Source: Chiloscyllium plagiosum (lineage: Eukaryota). Taken from it: a DNA stretch of 57,279 bases. Below, in pieces: positions 13,420 through 25,715 of this stretch. The notes under the pieces are model-generated. The model was not told the DNA's origin. It saw only the letters and a program-made list of their open reading frames with translations, and did no database searches. Position 1 is the first letter of the stretch, and every line of letters begins with the position of its first letter. The DNA lies in contig NC_057718.1 of the NCBI RefSeq assembly GCF_004010195.1, positions 95,307,570 to 95,364,848 of the forward strand. Direction: 5' to 3'. The position numbers were made by a program, and so were the translations under genes.

Positions 13420-13970
13420 TGTGGTGTAAAATTATGTCCCAATACATGTGTGAATCATAATGTAACACATGTATTGGGCCAAGCAGTGGAATGTGGTGAA
13501 ACGGTTAAAAATTATGTCCCAATACATGTGTGAATCTAACCGGAATGGAGGTGTTGCTTAGTCCCGTGTGAATCTTATTACACACCTCCCCGTGTGAATC
13601 TTCTTATCTGTATGTAACCAGAATGGAATGTGTTTTTTAGCCTTGCTCTGCTGTTCACATGAATGTTTATATCTGGAAAAGAGTATATCAGCTGGAAAAG
13701 TCTCCAGTTCGGTAGAGTCTGCTCCGGGGTTACGTTTAACCGCCGAGCGTGGGTTGTTGGCAACCGCTCTACGAGAACTGACGGCTCCCAGTTCCGGTAA
13801 CACGTAGAGTGAGTATAAACCAGACCCGGTGTAAGTACGAGACCTGGTTGTGGCGACGCTGCGGGGAATAAAACACTTATATTCTAGCAGACTCGCCTCT
13901 TGGCTGTTTGTTCTGTGTCAGACTACTTTCCTGCGAGCCTGGTCCTTGACCTTGAGAATTTTTAAAAACA
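13420..13970 (+). mobile_element. LTR (U3-R-U5), CpG-rich and relatively young
   Basis: TG start right after GGGAG, TATAAA 13814-13819, AATAAA 13867-13872, ends AAAACA. Confidence 0.8.
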
Positions 13971-14844
13971 CAGACCAACACAAGGGGTTGCAGTTTACAG
14001 GTTCTGAGGTGTCAGGAAAGAACCAAATAGATTGATTGCAACATTGGGATGATTATTTCATTCTATGGTCAGTCATAACATGCCACCACATCTCACCAAG
14101 TCAACCAGGTATTGACCTACCAACATTTGGAAGCATGCAGTAAATGGTACTAAGTAGTGAAAGATGATTCTCAGGCTTAGTAGCTGAACATCAGGACTAA
14201 GTACTCTGGCATGGACAATGACTTACTGTCAACAGACAATACACAAATAGCATTGATTGATTATGAACTACACAAGTTCAACATTAACACTACTGCTCTC
14301 CCACAGTCGAGACTGACTGACTTAAAGATACTCAAGGTACCTTGTACTGGGCATGGCAGATGGCAAAATTAAAGATGACCACTTTGCTACCAACAACATA
14401 TTAATACAGATAACAGATGTGGTCACAACTTCTGAAAGCTTCACATCTAGCATCAGATGGAGATTTCAATGTCTTCATAACTGCCTATGCACCTGCTCTT
14501 TATGTCAATGCAAAAGATAATATCGCATGGTCATAAAAATATGAGAACTCTTCTCCCTTATTTGAAGTTCACAAAATCATTTCACACCATGAGTAGGTCA
14601 GGCCACTATTGGTTAAAAAATAAAATTGGATATCCTCCCAAACTTGGCAGTCTCATTTGATTCTTCCATGCTAAGGTGCATGGCATAATTCAGTTCAGTT
14701 CAGGGATCAATGATAGGGTGAAACAAGGCTACAATTCTGCCACTACTGTTGAGCATCTTTTCCACTGACCTATGGTTCCCCAGCCATGTGGAAGGAGTAC
14801 ACCTTCAAACACTACCAGACAAGAAAGTTCTCAACATTTCAAAT

Positions 14845-14969
14845 GAGACCTGGTTGTGGCGACGCTGCGGGGAATAAAATGCTCATATTCTAGCAGACTC
14901 GCCTCTTGGTCGTTTGTTCTGTGTCAGACTACTCTCCTACGAACCTGACCTTGAGAATTTTTTAAAACA
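14845..14969 (+). repeat. Second copy of the R-U5 part of the 13420 LTR
   Basis: Roughly 90% identical to 13839-13970; ends CA followed by GGGAG (TSD). Confidence 0.9.
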
Positions 14970-16893
14970 GGGAGGCCTTTGGGACGAGTGACCATAATTA
15001 TATTGAAATTAAAATAGTTCTGGAAAATTCCTTGAGAAGTATCAGGAGTGTAGGAATACACTTAAGAGGGAAATCGGGGGAAAAAAGGGGACATGAGATA
15101 GCCTTGGCAGATATGGTAAAGGAGAATCCAAAAATATTCTCCAAGTATATTAAGGGAAAAAGAGCAAGTAAGGAGAGAATAGGACCCTTTAAAGTTCAAT
15201 GATGTTGTCTATGTGTGAAGCCACAAGAGATGGATGAGATCCTAAACAAACATTTCTCATCAAGAAAAATATGGAAGTTAGGAAACTTGGGGAAGTAAAT
15301 AGTGATGTCTTGAAAAGTTCATGTTACAGAAGAGGAGGTACTGGAGATCTTAAAGCTAGATAAATCCCCAGGACTCTAATCAAGTGTATCCCAGGAATTT
15401 GTGGGAAGATGGAGAAGAAACTGCGGGGCCCATCGCAGAGATATTTGTATCATCGACAGGTACAAGTGGGGTGTGGAAGACTTGAGGGAGGCTAATGTTG
15501 TGCCATTATTTGAGAACGGCTGCAAGGAAAAGCCAGAGACTACAGACCAGTGAGCCTAATGTCAGTGATGTTTACATTGTTGGAGGGGATTTTGAGAGAG
15601 AGGCTTGGTATGGATTTGGAAAGAAAAGGACTGATTATGGATAGTCAGCATGGCTTTGTGCTTGGAAATTCATAGTTCACAAATTTGATTGAGTTTTTTG
15701 AAGATGTGACCAAGAAGACAGATGAAGACAGCGCAGTAGATGTTGTTTACATGGGGTTTAGCAAGGTTTTTGATAAGGTACTACAATGGTTGACTAGTTA
15801 GTAAAGTTAGATCAAATGTGATCGATGGAGAATAACTAATTTAGTGCAAAATTGGTTTGATGGTCGGACAAAGAGGGTAGTGATTGCTTTTCAGTCTGGA
15901 GGTCTGTGACTAATGCTGTGCTGCAAGGATTGGTGTGTGGTCCACTATTGTTTATCATTTACATGAATGATTTAGATGAGAATATAGGAGACACCATTAG
16001 TAAGTTTACGGTTGACACCAAAATTGTTGGTATAGTGGACAGTGAAGAAGGTTATCTAGGAGCACAAAGGGATGAGCTAGGCCAGTGGGCCAAGGAATGG
16101 CGGGTGGAGTTTAATTCAGATAAATGCGAGATGTTGTATTTTGGTAAAATAAACCAGGGCAGTTAATAGTAGAGCCCTGGAGAGTGTTATCGAACAGAGA
16201 GACCTAGAGGTGCAGGTACATAGTTCTTTGAAAGTGGTATCACAGGTAGACAGGGTGTTGAAGAAGGCATTTAGTAAACTTTCCTTCATTGGTCAGAGCA
16301 TTGAGACAGGAGTTGGGTCATCATGTCACAGCTGTACAATACATTGATGAGGCCACATTTGGAGTACTGCATACAATTCTCATTTCCCTGATATTGGAAA
16401 GTTATTATTAAACTGGAAAGGGTGCAAAAATATTCATAGGGATGTTACAGAGACTGGAAGGTTTGAGTTATAAGGAGACGTTAGGTAGGCTGGGACTTTT
16501 TTCCCTGGAGCATAGGAGGCTGAGGGGTGATCTAGAGGTTTATTAAAACATGAGGGGCATAGATAAGGTGGGAGGTCAAGGTCTTTTCCCCTGCATAGGG
16601 GAAAATTAGAGGGCATAGGTATAAGGTAAGAGGAGCAAGATTTATAAGGGACCTAAGGAGCAACCTTTTCACAAGAAGGATGGTGCCTATATGGAACGAG
16701 CTGCCAGAGGAGGTGGTGGAGATGGATACATTTACAACATTTGGCCTGGTACATGGATAGAAAAGGTTTAGAGAGATATGGGCCACACGCAGGCAAATGG
16801 GACTAGTTCAGTTTAGGAAACCTGGTTAGCATGAACAAGTAACTCCAAAAGACCTGTTTCCATGTTGTATACCTCTATGACTTTATAGGTCTA

Positions 16894-17329
16894 CCACATA
16901 TACTTGAGTAATAGTCAAAACTTCTTGACTACTTTTTAAGGTTAAATTTTGGGGTCGACTATTACACAGACAATACTTTTGAGGGGTTGAAATTCATACC
17001 CATCAAAATTCAGACCGTATCATTAGCAGAAGCCCAATTGATCTCTAAACAAATAAAAATAAACAATAAATTATGGTAATTCTGAAAATCCAGAGTGGAA
17101 CACAACAGCCAATGGACTGGAAGACTGAGAGCAGAGCAGATCAACCGACAGACTGGACAGCTGGAGCAGGACGTGATGGCCGGCACACTGACTCAGAAAT
17201 GTTGATCTGTTATCTGTGAATAAGGAGGGTCGACCTTTACACGAGATATATGGAAAATTCCAGATTATTTGGCCAAAAATAGGGGGTTGACTTTTACACG
17301 AGATTGACTATTACTCAAGTATTTATATT
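16894..17329. mobile_element. Non-autonomous Tc1/pogo-type DNA transposon (MITE)
   Basis: TIR 'atacttgagtaatagtcaa' / 'ttgactattactcaagtat', TA at left end, three internal 'gggt(c/t)gac..ttacac' repeats. Confidence 0.75.
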
Positions 17330-18409
17330 CACATTACTGAGCATTAATCTGCTGATAAACATTTTAGGAACGTAAATCATCACACCTTTATCTCCCAAGC
17401 ATCTCACAAGTTTCCTTTTTGCAAAGCATCATTGTGATGACTCAGGAATTTTTGCAGAGTATAAAACCTGGTATAAATGGTAATTTCTTAGAATTTCTGT
17501 GCTTGAACACTGGTATTTGCCTTAAGTGTGGTGTAGGTTTTTGGGAATTTCCAGGCGGTGTTTTCATTGCCAGTAATTTATTTTACTGCAATTCTTAAAG
17601 TAGCAACAATGTATAGGAATGTGAGTATTAGCTATCTTCACACTAATACAATCTAGAGCATGAAATGAATTGTCCATAAAAATTACTGCACTGCTAATGA
17701 AAAACTTGAAAATTCATGGATAGAGCTGAATGAAATTCTTATTACTAGTTGTAAAATTGACCAGTCGAAAAATTAAAATGTTCATTCGTAACCTTCGAAA
17801 TATATTAACTTTCAACATGTCAAACACTATGAAAATAGGAAATAAACCTTTCTAGAAAATAATTATGTTGATTTCTATCTTAGTTGTCTGTGCAATGATT
17901 GAACACAAGGCTGAAATGAAAATCTGGTGACGTATCCTTGAGAGAAGTTGTCATATTTACTGCCACTGAAGTAAATAACTAGAATATCCAGTTATCAATA
18001 TTCAAATCGCTCACTTTGAAATGGGTTAGAGTAGAAGAGCTATACATTTGTCATTTCTACCCTATACAACCAAAAACGAGACAGCGTTCCTCCAAGACTG
18101 AGGGTGTTACATGGACAGCACAGACTACACAATCGTAGACAGCATACAGTGCATAAGAAGTGCAAAACATAATGGGTGTGCAATCACCCCCATCACCATT
18201 TTTCCCTTCCTGAGCTTACCACCCAAGTGAGAATGATAGAGGTCCATGCTTTTCAACCAGTAAAGTATTATCAGCTGGCAGATCTAGTGAATGGCCAATA
18301 TATTCACTGAGAAATAGAATTCAGATTATGTAATACTGTAAGATTAATGGAGCTATCTCAAGGAAAGCTCATTTATGACGACGTGGTTCAACTGAATGAA
18401 ATTTCCGAA

Positions 18410-18608
18410 GGTGTGCAGATTAAGTGGATTAGCCATGGTACATTGTCCATAGTGTCCAGGGATGTAAAGGCTAGGTGTATTACCCATGGGAATGCAGGGT
18501 TATAGATATAGGGTAGGAGGTGGGTCTGGGTGGGATGGTCTTCAGAGGGTCGGTGTGGATTTGATGGGCCGAATTGCCTGTTTCCACACTGAAAAGAGTT
18601 TATGATTC
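18410..18608 (+). mobile_element. 5'-truncated HE1-type SINE
   Basis: 'gtgcagattaagtggattagccatgg...gcctgtttccacactg'. Confidence 0.7.
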
Positions 18609-18861
18609 CACGTGCTAATGCTGCTTGATTATGTATTCTGTTCACATGCTAGTACTACAGTGCTCCTTTACCTTTACTCCCTGCGATGATTTCTCTTTCT
18701 TTGGTCCCAGAGAGCTGAAAAACTATGAGAAGAACAATTAGCAAACACTATTGAAGCTTTATTGTTGCACATGATGTAACAAAATCAAATGTATATCAGC
18801 ATTACTTTACGTTATCATAATCATAACATTTGAAGATTGGCGTAATAGTGAGCTATTCAGA

Positions 18862-18992
18862 AGTGGATACTGCAGATGCTGGAGATTAGAGTTAAGAATA
18901 GATTAGTGCTGGAAAAACACAGCAGGTCAGGCAGCATCCGAGAAGCAGGAAAAATCGACATTTCGGGCAGAAGCCCTTCATCAGGAATGAGG
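18862..18992 (-). repeat. Penelope pLTR fragment
   Basis: 'actgcagatgctggag...gcaggtcaggcagcatccgag', same family as 6954-7051. Confidence 0.8.
18951..18989 (-). ncRNA. Minimal hammerhead ribozyme motif (Penelope type)
   Basis: Minus strand reads CATTC-CTGATGA-A-GGGC-TTCT-GCCC-GAAA-TGTC-GA; one probable CpG change in stem III. Confidence 0.7.
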
Positions 18993-21900
18993 AGCTATGC
19001 CAAACTGCCTTCCTTGTCCATATTTTATTTTAAGTCATGATTACACTACATAAGGTTTTGCCACTAGAAAGTTGTATGGCAAACTATTTCTGTTAATTGC
19101 CAAAAATAAGTGTGCAAATCTCTATTTCAAGATGCAATAAATTACATAATGGAAGTATTTCATTGCAAAGGTGAAGCTGTGGGAGATACTGCTTAAACCT
19201 TTGTTCACCTGTTATCCTCATTAAAATACCATTATGTTGCAAGGCAGATACATTTTTCATGTTCTCTGAAATTCTTATTTTTAAATGATTTGACGGACTG
19301 GGATAGACAACAAAATGATGTAGAAATCTGAGGGGAAATTTTGTTCTGGTATAAACACAATTATGTCTCTTAGCATTCTAAATATTATAGACATTGTCAT
19401 GGTCTTAAATCGTGCTGTAAAGTCGATACTCAGCAGAAGGTCCTTGCACCCTTGAATGTAGTTACTGTTCTAGATTGATGTTTCAATATGTGCATAAAAT
19501 GCAGCTGTTGTATACTTTTAGAGGCAGTGCTTTATTTTAATATTCATTTTCAGGACATGGACAGTGCTGACAAAGAGAGATGTTCATAATATAGAATGTT
19601 AAAACACTTTGTTCACTATGGCATTTTTGATCCCTGCTGAATCTGAGCATTATATCTGAAAGTGCATTAAAGTTGGCACTCAGACACATTACCAAGAATG
19701 ATGATAGCATTCAAAGGTAAGCTGCATTTTTGTTGAGAACAAAGTGTGCTGGTTCTTTGAAACCTTGGCATCACTAAATTCGAATATTAAGAGTGCAGTG
19801 ATTGTTGAAAGCCATGTAAGGAATGCCATGGTTTCTAAAAACGTTCTTATTTGCATTTTAGTTCAATTTGAAATAGACAGTCTAACTAAATTTGGCTTGT
19901 TTTTCTACAGTCCAAGTTTAGATTAAAACTGTAAATGTAGTTAACTTTCATTTTTGCCTGAATGAGGTACTGATAGCTTCAAGATCCTAATCTGTCTTTG
20001 GCACAAATCTAATTTTGAATTTTTCCTTTATTAAAGGGACTCTGACAGTCTTCTTCTTCCCAGTAAACCTAAATAAAACCAATGTACCTTAAGCAGCAGT
20101 TCAATCATATTGACATTGAAGGGAAGTGGTGAACAAAATGATAATGTTTTGATCAGTGAGAAGTAATACATCTTACTAGTTTCTCATGAGGCAGAGATCT
20201 CATAGAAATATTCCAGTTTATATAATTATAACTTTGTTTTATACATAAGCTGATCTTAGTTGATACTGAGCACAGAAAATCTAAAATAAAAATAGAAAAT
20301 TCTGAAACTAATCAAGTTAGGCAGCAACTAAAGAGAATAAAACAGAGTTAATAAGCTATACTTTTGTCTTTGTTTCAGGAAGCCATTTCCTGATTTCCCT
20401 TTCTTAATTGAAGAAAGTTAGCCTATTCAGTCAAAGTTCTGATCTTCAAGGGTCAGGTACAAGCTAACCTCGGTGCCACTTGGTTAGGCCCAAGTTGGCA
20501 AAGGAGGTGGATGGGACTTCAAGCTTGGCTGATAGTTAAGCCCATCTCTGTTTACTGGGTCTTGAACTAAAGTTGGTTTTTCAACTGTTCCCTGTTGCCT
20601 GCCTGTATCTGCATCAACAAAAAAGGCTGACCAAATGACCGGAATATTTTTTGTCCTTAGCCTTGTTATGAATGTCTGGCTAAGCTCCAAAATTCACTAG
20701 TAGATTCATTTCCGAGTGGGTTTTTTAAAACTGTTACAAAGAAGTCGACTAGCTTTGCTTCATTGATAAGTTTTATTTCCTTGAAGAGTTTTCTAAATGT
20801 CTGTCTGTTGATTTGGCCAAAATTAGGAGATTTTAAGTGCTTTTTAAGTGGATTTAAGCTTTTTTTTCCTGAGAGAATGTAAATGCTTATGTTTAAGAAT
20901 TTTCTGAGCTTGTAATTCTTTCAAAGGGGATTTTGAAATAGCTGATTGTTTCTAATATCTAATAATAAGTATTGTCAAATGAATCGCTGGTTCTGTACAT
21001 ATTGGATGGTGGAAGAGTATATCAATAGCCCACCAATGTGAAATTCAATCACTGGAATCACATGCTTGTATGAATATTGGATTCTCAATGTTGTTGAATG
21101 TAGTAGAGGACTTTATCATCTGAATATAATGCTGTAATGCATCTGAATCTTTACACAATACCAGTGAATTTCTTAGTCCTTTATCTTCTGCGCACAGAGC
21201 CCTATGATCAATAAATGCATTTACGATACTTAATGCACCAAACAATAGCGTTACAGTTGAAGTTGGTAAGATGTTTTAAACTTACCTGCCATAACTGTAC
21301 AACAACTTGTCCCATGGTTTACAAACTGACTTAGACGACATGATTCCAACAACCTTCAGAAACCCATTTGCCTTCACAAAAATAGGAACTATTGGGAAAT
21401 TTATACTCGAATCAGGCATTTAAACAATGAACTCAGCGTCACTTCACGTGACCTTTCTCATTTCCCAAGGGTAAAAATGGCATAGTGGGAATGGCCTGGC
21501 AAGTATGAAGTTAAAATCCTCATGCTTGCCATTTGGTGTTTTTGCTCCGTATCTAGCCAGGGAATTCAGCCCTGTGCTTCAGGTGTGTCAGATGAAAGGT
21601 CACAGACAAAATATTGACTCAGTTTTTTCATTCCACATGTGCTGCCTGACGTGACCTGTGGTTCCAATTTTTCTGTGTTTATTGCAATTAAATCAGGACG
21701 AGCTATGTTACTTAATCTCAATATATTGTGTTCCCTTCTGTCATTGATTTATCTGATGCTTAAATTTTATATTATTACAAGGAGACATCCTATTGCTCAC
21801 ATGAAACTGAGTTCTATAGTCAAAGTGACTAATGCAAAAAAAAAACAAATTAGAAACCCGAACAATCACCATCAGATGAATTGCACTACCCTATAATGCT

Positions 21901-23049
21901 TCAAACATTGACTAAACGTGTTGTTTTGTTATTGAATGGCAGAACAGACTTCAAGGACTAAATGGCCTATTCCTTTTTCTATCCTCCTTTGGGACAGAGC
22001 TATCATTTCTAAGGCTACACTTCACTGATCTAAATAAATTATTACCTTTTATAAGTGGTAATTGGTTTTCCTTAATCAAAGTTCTTTGTTCTTTTGATAT
22101 TGACCTATACAACTTCTCCACTGAAATTAATGAATTCAAATTTATCTGTCTTGTAATCACATTTAAATTTCATAAAAGGAAAGTTAATAATCTTTTCCAG
22201 ATGGAGGCTGCATGTAAAATTAAACTTTAACTACATGATCAATCTAAAAGAATGTCTAACTTAAATATAAGAATTTCAGTTTTCAAATCTACAACTACAA
22301 AGTCCTTATATGTTTTATCATCTGAAGTAATACATTTGGTCACGTTGGTCACTGGTTACAGTGTCAGTTGTAGCTCATTTAATATTGGTAAATTAATAAT
22401 ATTCTCGTCTCTGAATCAGATTTAATTTTCATACCAGACACTAGAGCTCGGAGCCTAAACTGTCACTTTCGTACAGAGTTGAGCATGTTTTGCCCTGTTA
22501 GAAGTGCCACATTACAGATGCCATGTTGGACTGAAACTCATTCCTTCTCAGCTGGATGTAAAGAATTCCATGGCACAATTTCAAAGCACAGCAGGGGATT
22601 TCTCTTCTGCGTTCATTTACTTTTTTCTTGCTGAACCCAACATTACTAAAAAATTCAATAGTCATTAGCTCACCTATTTCACATTAAGCGCAACAGAATG
22701 AAACGAAAGTTGCCATGATGGGTTTTTAAAACAAATTTGTCTGCTTTTTACAAGCCAGAAACCACTTTAACTGGACTAGGAGTCAGTGCTGCAGAGCTCA
22801 TCATGGGTAGCATGTCTCCCAGGAAATTAGATCCTTAAAGTTTGAACTCCCAGGCCTTACTTATTTTTCTCACTCAGATTCTCAACTAGTACCAGTTACA
22901 CTGACATTAACCCTGTCAGACAGAAGTCATCATTGGTCAACAGTTAGGACTTCATCAGGAAAAGCTCCTAGGACAGGTAAATAATGATTAGATATTGTGA
23001 GGGGAGGATGGATTAATTGTTAAGTCCATTATCGGACAGTAGAGAAGTT

Positions 23050-23850
23050 GGTGGTACAAGGTCATCTTATAGCTTTCTTTGAACCATTACAAATAATACA
23101 TACTTTGATCTCTTTTGTTCAGCGTCCCGAGGGCTGCCAGTATTCTCAAGTATGTTGGGTCACAATGCAAGCTGTACTTGAACCTGTTGTACAAAGTAAT
23201 GTGTGTCCCAAGTATGTCAATAGGATATGCTGCTGTCATTTAAAATAGGCCCTGTTCCTCTGGATTGTGTGACCTTCTATGTCAATGTTCAAGCAAACCA
23301 AGACAGCAAAGAGTAGGAAAATATCAGGAATCAGGTACAAAGCTTTTCCTCAATCATCTGAAGCCTCTATTCATGCTGTTGCTGTTGTGCAAAGGACTAA
23401 AAAAAGTGGCCCATTTAATTTTCTACGCCAGTAACAGAACCTCAGGAAAATTTGCTCTATGATTCTTTATTCGACTTCATTGAGCTTTTCCAGCTCAAGT
23501 CCAATCCATTCCATATAAATTCGTGTCAGTCTTGCCGCCGTGATAGCACTTTTCTGCTTGGGCTTTTAGTATATCATGATTGCTGCAATTACAATTGTAC
23601 CAGCTTTTACTACACTTCAAAAGTTATTGGATATGTACCTTGACACAAATAGCAAAATATAAATAATGCAATCCTTTCTTGGTGAAGTTATTCTTATATC
23701 TATCCCAACAATGTAGTTTAAAGAGACTCATAAAAAGACTTCTACAATTTTGCTTTGACTCTTCAGTTCCTATACCAGCAAGCTGGAGCTACTAATATGC
23801 TCCATATTAGTACAATTGCCTGATTAGTGCCACATTATTGTCAGTCTTGT
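23050..23850 (+). pseudogene. Probable highly decayed retroviral/LTR integrase
   Basis: Across frameshifts: (W*)ENIRNQVQSF..C..CAK, PVTEP..YDSLFDFIEL, PYKFV.V..HFSAWAF, TTLQKLLD, in integrase order. Confidence 0.4.
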
Positions 23851-24659
23851 ATTATGGTTTTGTACCTGCTGGAAATAGGTGAAATTGTCCAGCCTATTTT
23901 CATTTTGATAGATCTCAGGGAGTGAACATTATGGGTTACAGTTCATAATTCTGCTAAAAGATAGGCTGTGTTATAAATGTTAATGGTTTAGGGACTGTCA
24001 GAAATGCTTCAAGCGTGTATAATTGTAAGCTTGAAAGAAAATACAAACAAAAACAAATATTGAACCCGGCATGGTTACTCTCCTTTAAAATTAAAATAAT
24101 TTGAGTATACTTAGCAGCTCCTTTTTGGTGTTACATCATATGTGTTTTGATACAGAAGCTGCATGGTGGTAAACCAAGCTATTGTAAGGTACCTGACCGG
24201 CTGTGCTTTTCCAGTGCCACACTTTTCAACTCTGATCTCTAGCATCTGCAATCCTCACTTACTTCTACTGTAAGCTCAAGCAAGGCCCTTGAAGCATATT
24301 TTTTATGATATTGATTAGTTTCTCTCTGTACTACTGTAGCTAATTGTACCAAATACTGCAACTAATAATGCTGTTTGAACCACGCAGGTATGAATTGCAT
24401 TGGATGGCCTACTGGAAGCTTTTTGTTCAGTCTAAGATACCTAAAGGGCATCTGTGTTTTGTGAAATTCACATAATGTACGGTATCACGTATTTTGTGAT
24501 TAAAACTGAGGCTCCTCCCATTGAACTTGCCACACATCTTGTGCTATCACTGTTGTCTCCATGCACTGAAAGAAAATTCTCTACAGACATGGGTTGTATG
24601 ACCTATTCTCCCTGGGAATATAATTCTGGAGGCCTGAATTTTCCTCAGAGTTCAACAAC

Positions 24660-25044
24660 CTTTGAATCCAAAGCTATCCATTTATACACTTACGAGCAAG
24701 GAAATCAAGAACCTCAAACTATCCAACAGGGCAAAGCCAAAGGAGGAAACAAGCAGTGTGAAAGCACCAGGGCACAATAAGGAAGCAGCCCGTAAGAGGG
24801 TGAAAGTGGAGCAGCTGGAGATGTACGAAAACCTGGAAGTGAGGAATTATCAATGAAATACTTTAAAAACTATACTGTGATTGGCCTTGGAGAGGAAAAT
24901 ATAACTCTTCTGAGAATTGAGAAAAACTGCTCTGCTGTGCCATTATGTGACCAGGAATGGAACTGCACATTGTGGGAAGTCACACCAATGAAAGAAAGAG
25001 TTGTGTGTGCATATAGCTTTGTTCCTGACCTCAAGGCATCCTAA
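24660..25044 (+). pseudogene. Possible env-like glycoprotein remnant
   Basis: RKRVK basic motif, then four N-glycosylation sequons (NYT, NIT, NCS, NCT) and several Cys in one 63-aa ORF, downstream of the integrase-like region. Confidence 0.3.
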
Positions 25045-25074
25045 AGTTCTTTATTGCTTTGAAGTCACTTTGAA

Positions 25075-25350
25075 TGGTGGCATAGTGTAGTGTTACTGGA
25101 CTGGTAACCCAGGGGATGAGGCTAATGCCTTGAAGACAGAAGTTCATGGCAGCTGGTGGAATTTAACTTGGATTAATAAATCTGGAATTAAAAGTGAGAC
25201 ATAGTAGTGTCGTAAAAATCTTTCCAGAGATCTGTAGTCTCTACACAGTTTGCATGTGACTCCATAGCCACAAAATTGTAGTTGAAACCTAAATAGCCTA
25301 ATAAGGCACTTGATTGGACCAAACTGTTGCAGAAAAATGAGGTGGGGGAG
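25075..25350 (+). mobile_element. Deu-type (SacSINE1-like) SINE fragment
   Basis: 'ggtggcatagtgtagtgttactggactggtaacccagg', 'gtgactccatagccacaaaattgtagttga'. Confidence 0.5.
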
Positions 25351-25497
25351 GGGAATGTTGGATACTTAGACCATGTGACATTGAACAAAGCTCCAGAAAT
25401 AACAACATACTTTGCCTTGTCAACCCTGCAAAGTCCTCCTTACTAACATCTGGGAGCTTGCACCAAAATTGAGGAACTGTCCCTCAGATTTCAGTGA

Positions 25498-25715
25498 CAA
25501 AAACAGAAATTGCTGGAAAAACTCAGCAGGCCTGGCAGCATCAGTGGAGAGAAATCAGAGTTAATGTTTCTGGTCCGGTGATCCTTCAGAACTGATGGTA
25601 GCTGGACCTGAAACATTAACTCTAATTTCTCTCCACAGATGCTGTTAGACCTGCTGAGATTTTCCAACAATCTCTACTTTTTGCTTCTGATATCCAGCAT
25701 CCACAGTTCTTTTGG
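25498..25715. repeat. Penelope-pLTR-derived palindromic element
   Basis: 'aaaacagaaattgctggaaaaactcagcagg' pairs with 'cctgctgagattttccaacaatctctactttt'. Confidence 0.75.

Larger units (their letters stand above)
13255..16885 (+). mobile_element. CR1/HER1 LINE ORF2 (decayed), interrupted by the LTR cassette at 13420-14969
   Basis: YRPVSL, SQHGF, LFIIYMNDLDENI..SKF.VDTKI and RRLRGDL motifs; tail 'ctctatgact'. Confidence 0.9.

Noticed and set aside
20037..20076. DSDSLLLPS after a possible acceptor, as an SHLD1 upstream exon
   Set aside because: Stop codon follows almost immediately and there is no ATG
21286..21345. Minus-strand ATG...CAG/GTAAG mini exon (MSSKSVCKPWDKLLYSYG)
   Set aside because: No homology recognised; does not match the expected neighbour GPCPD1
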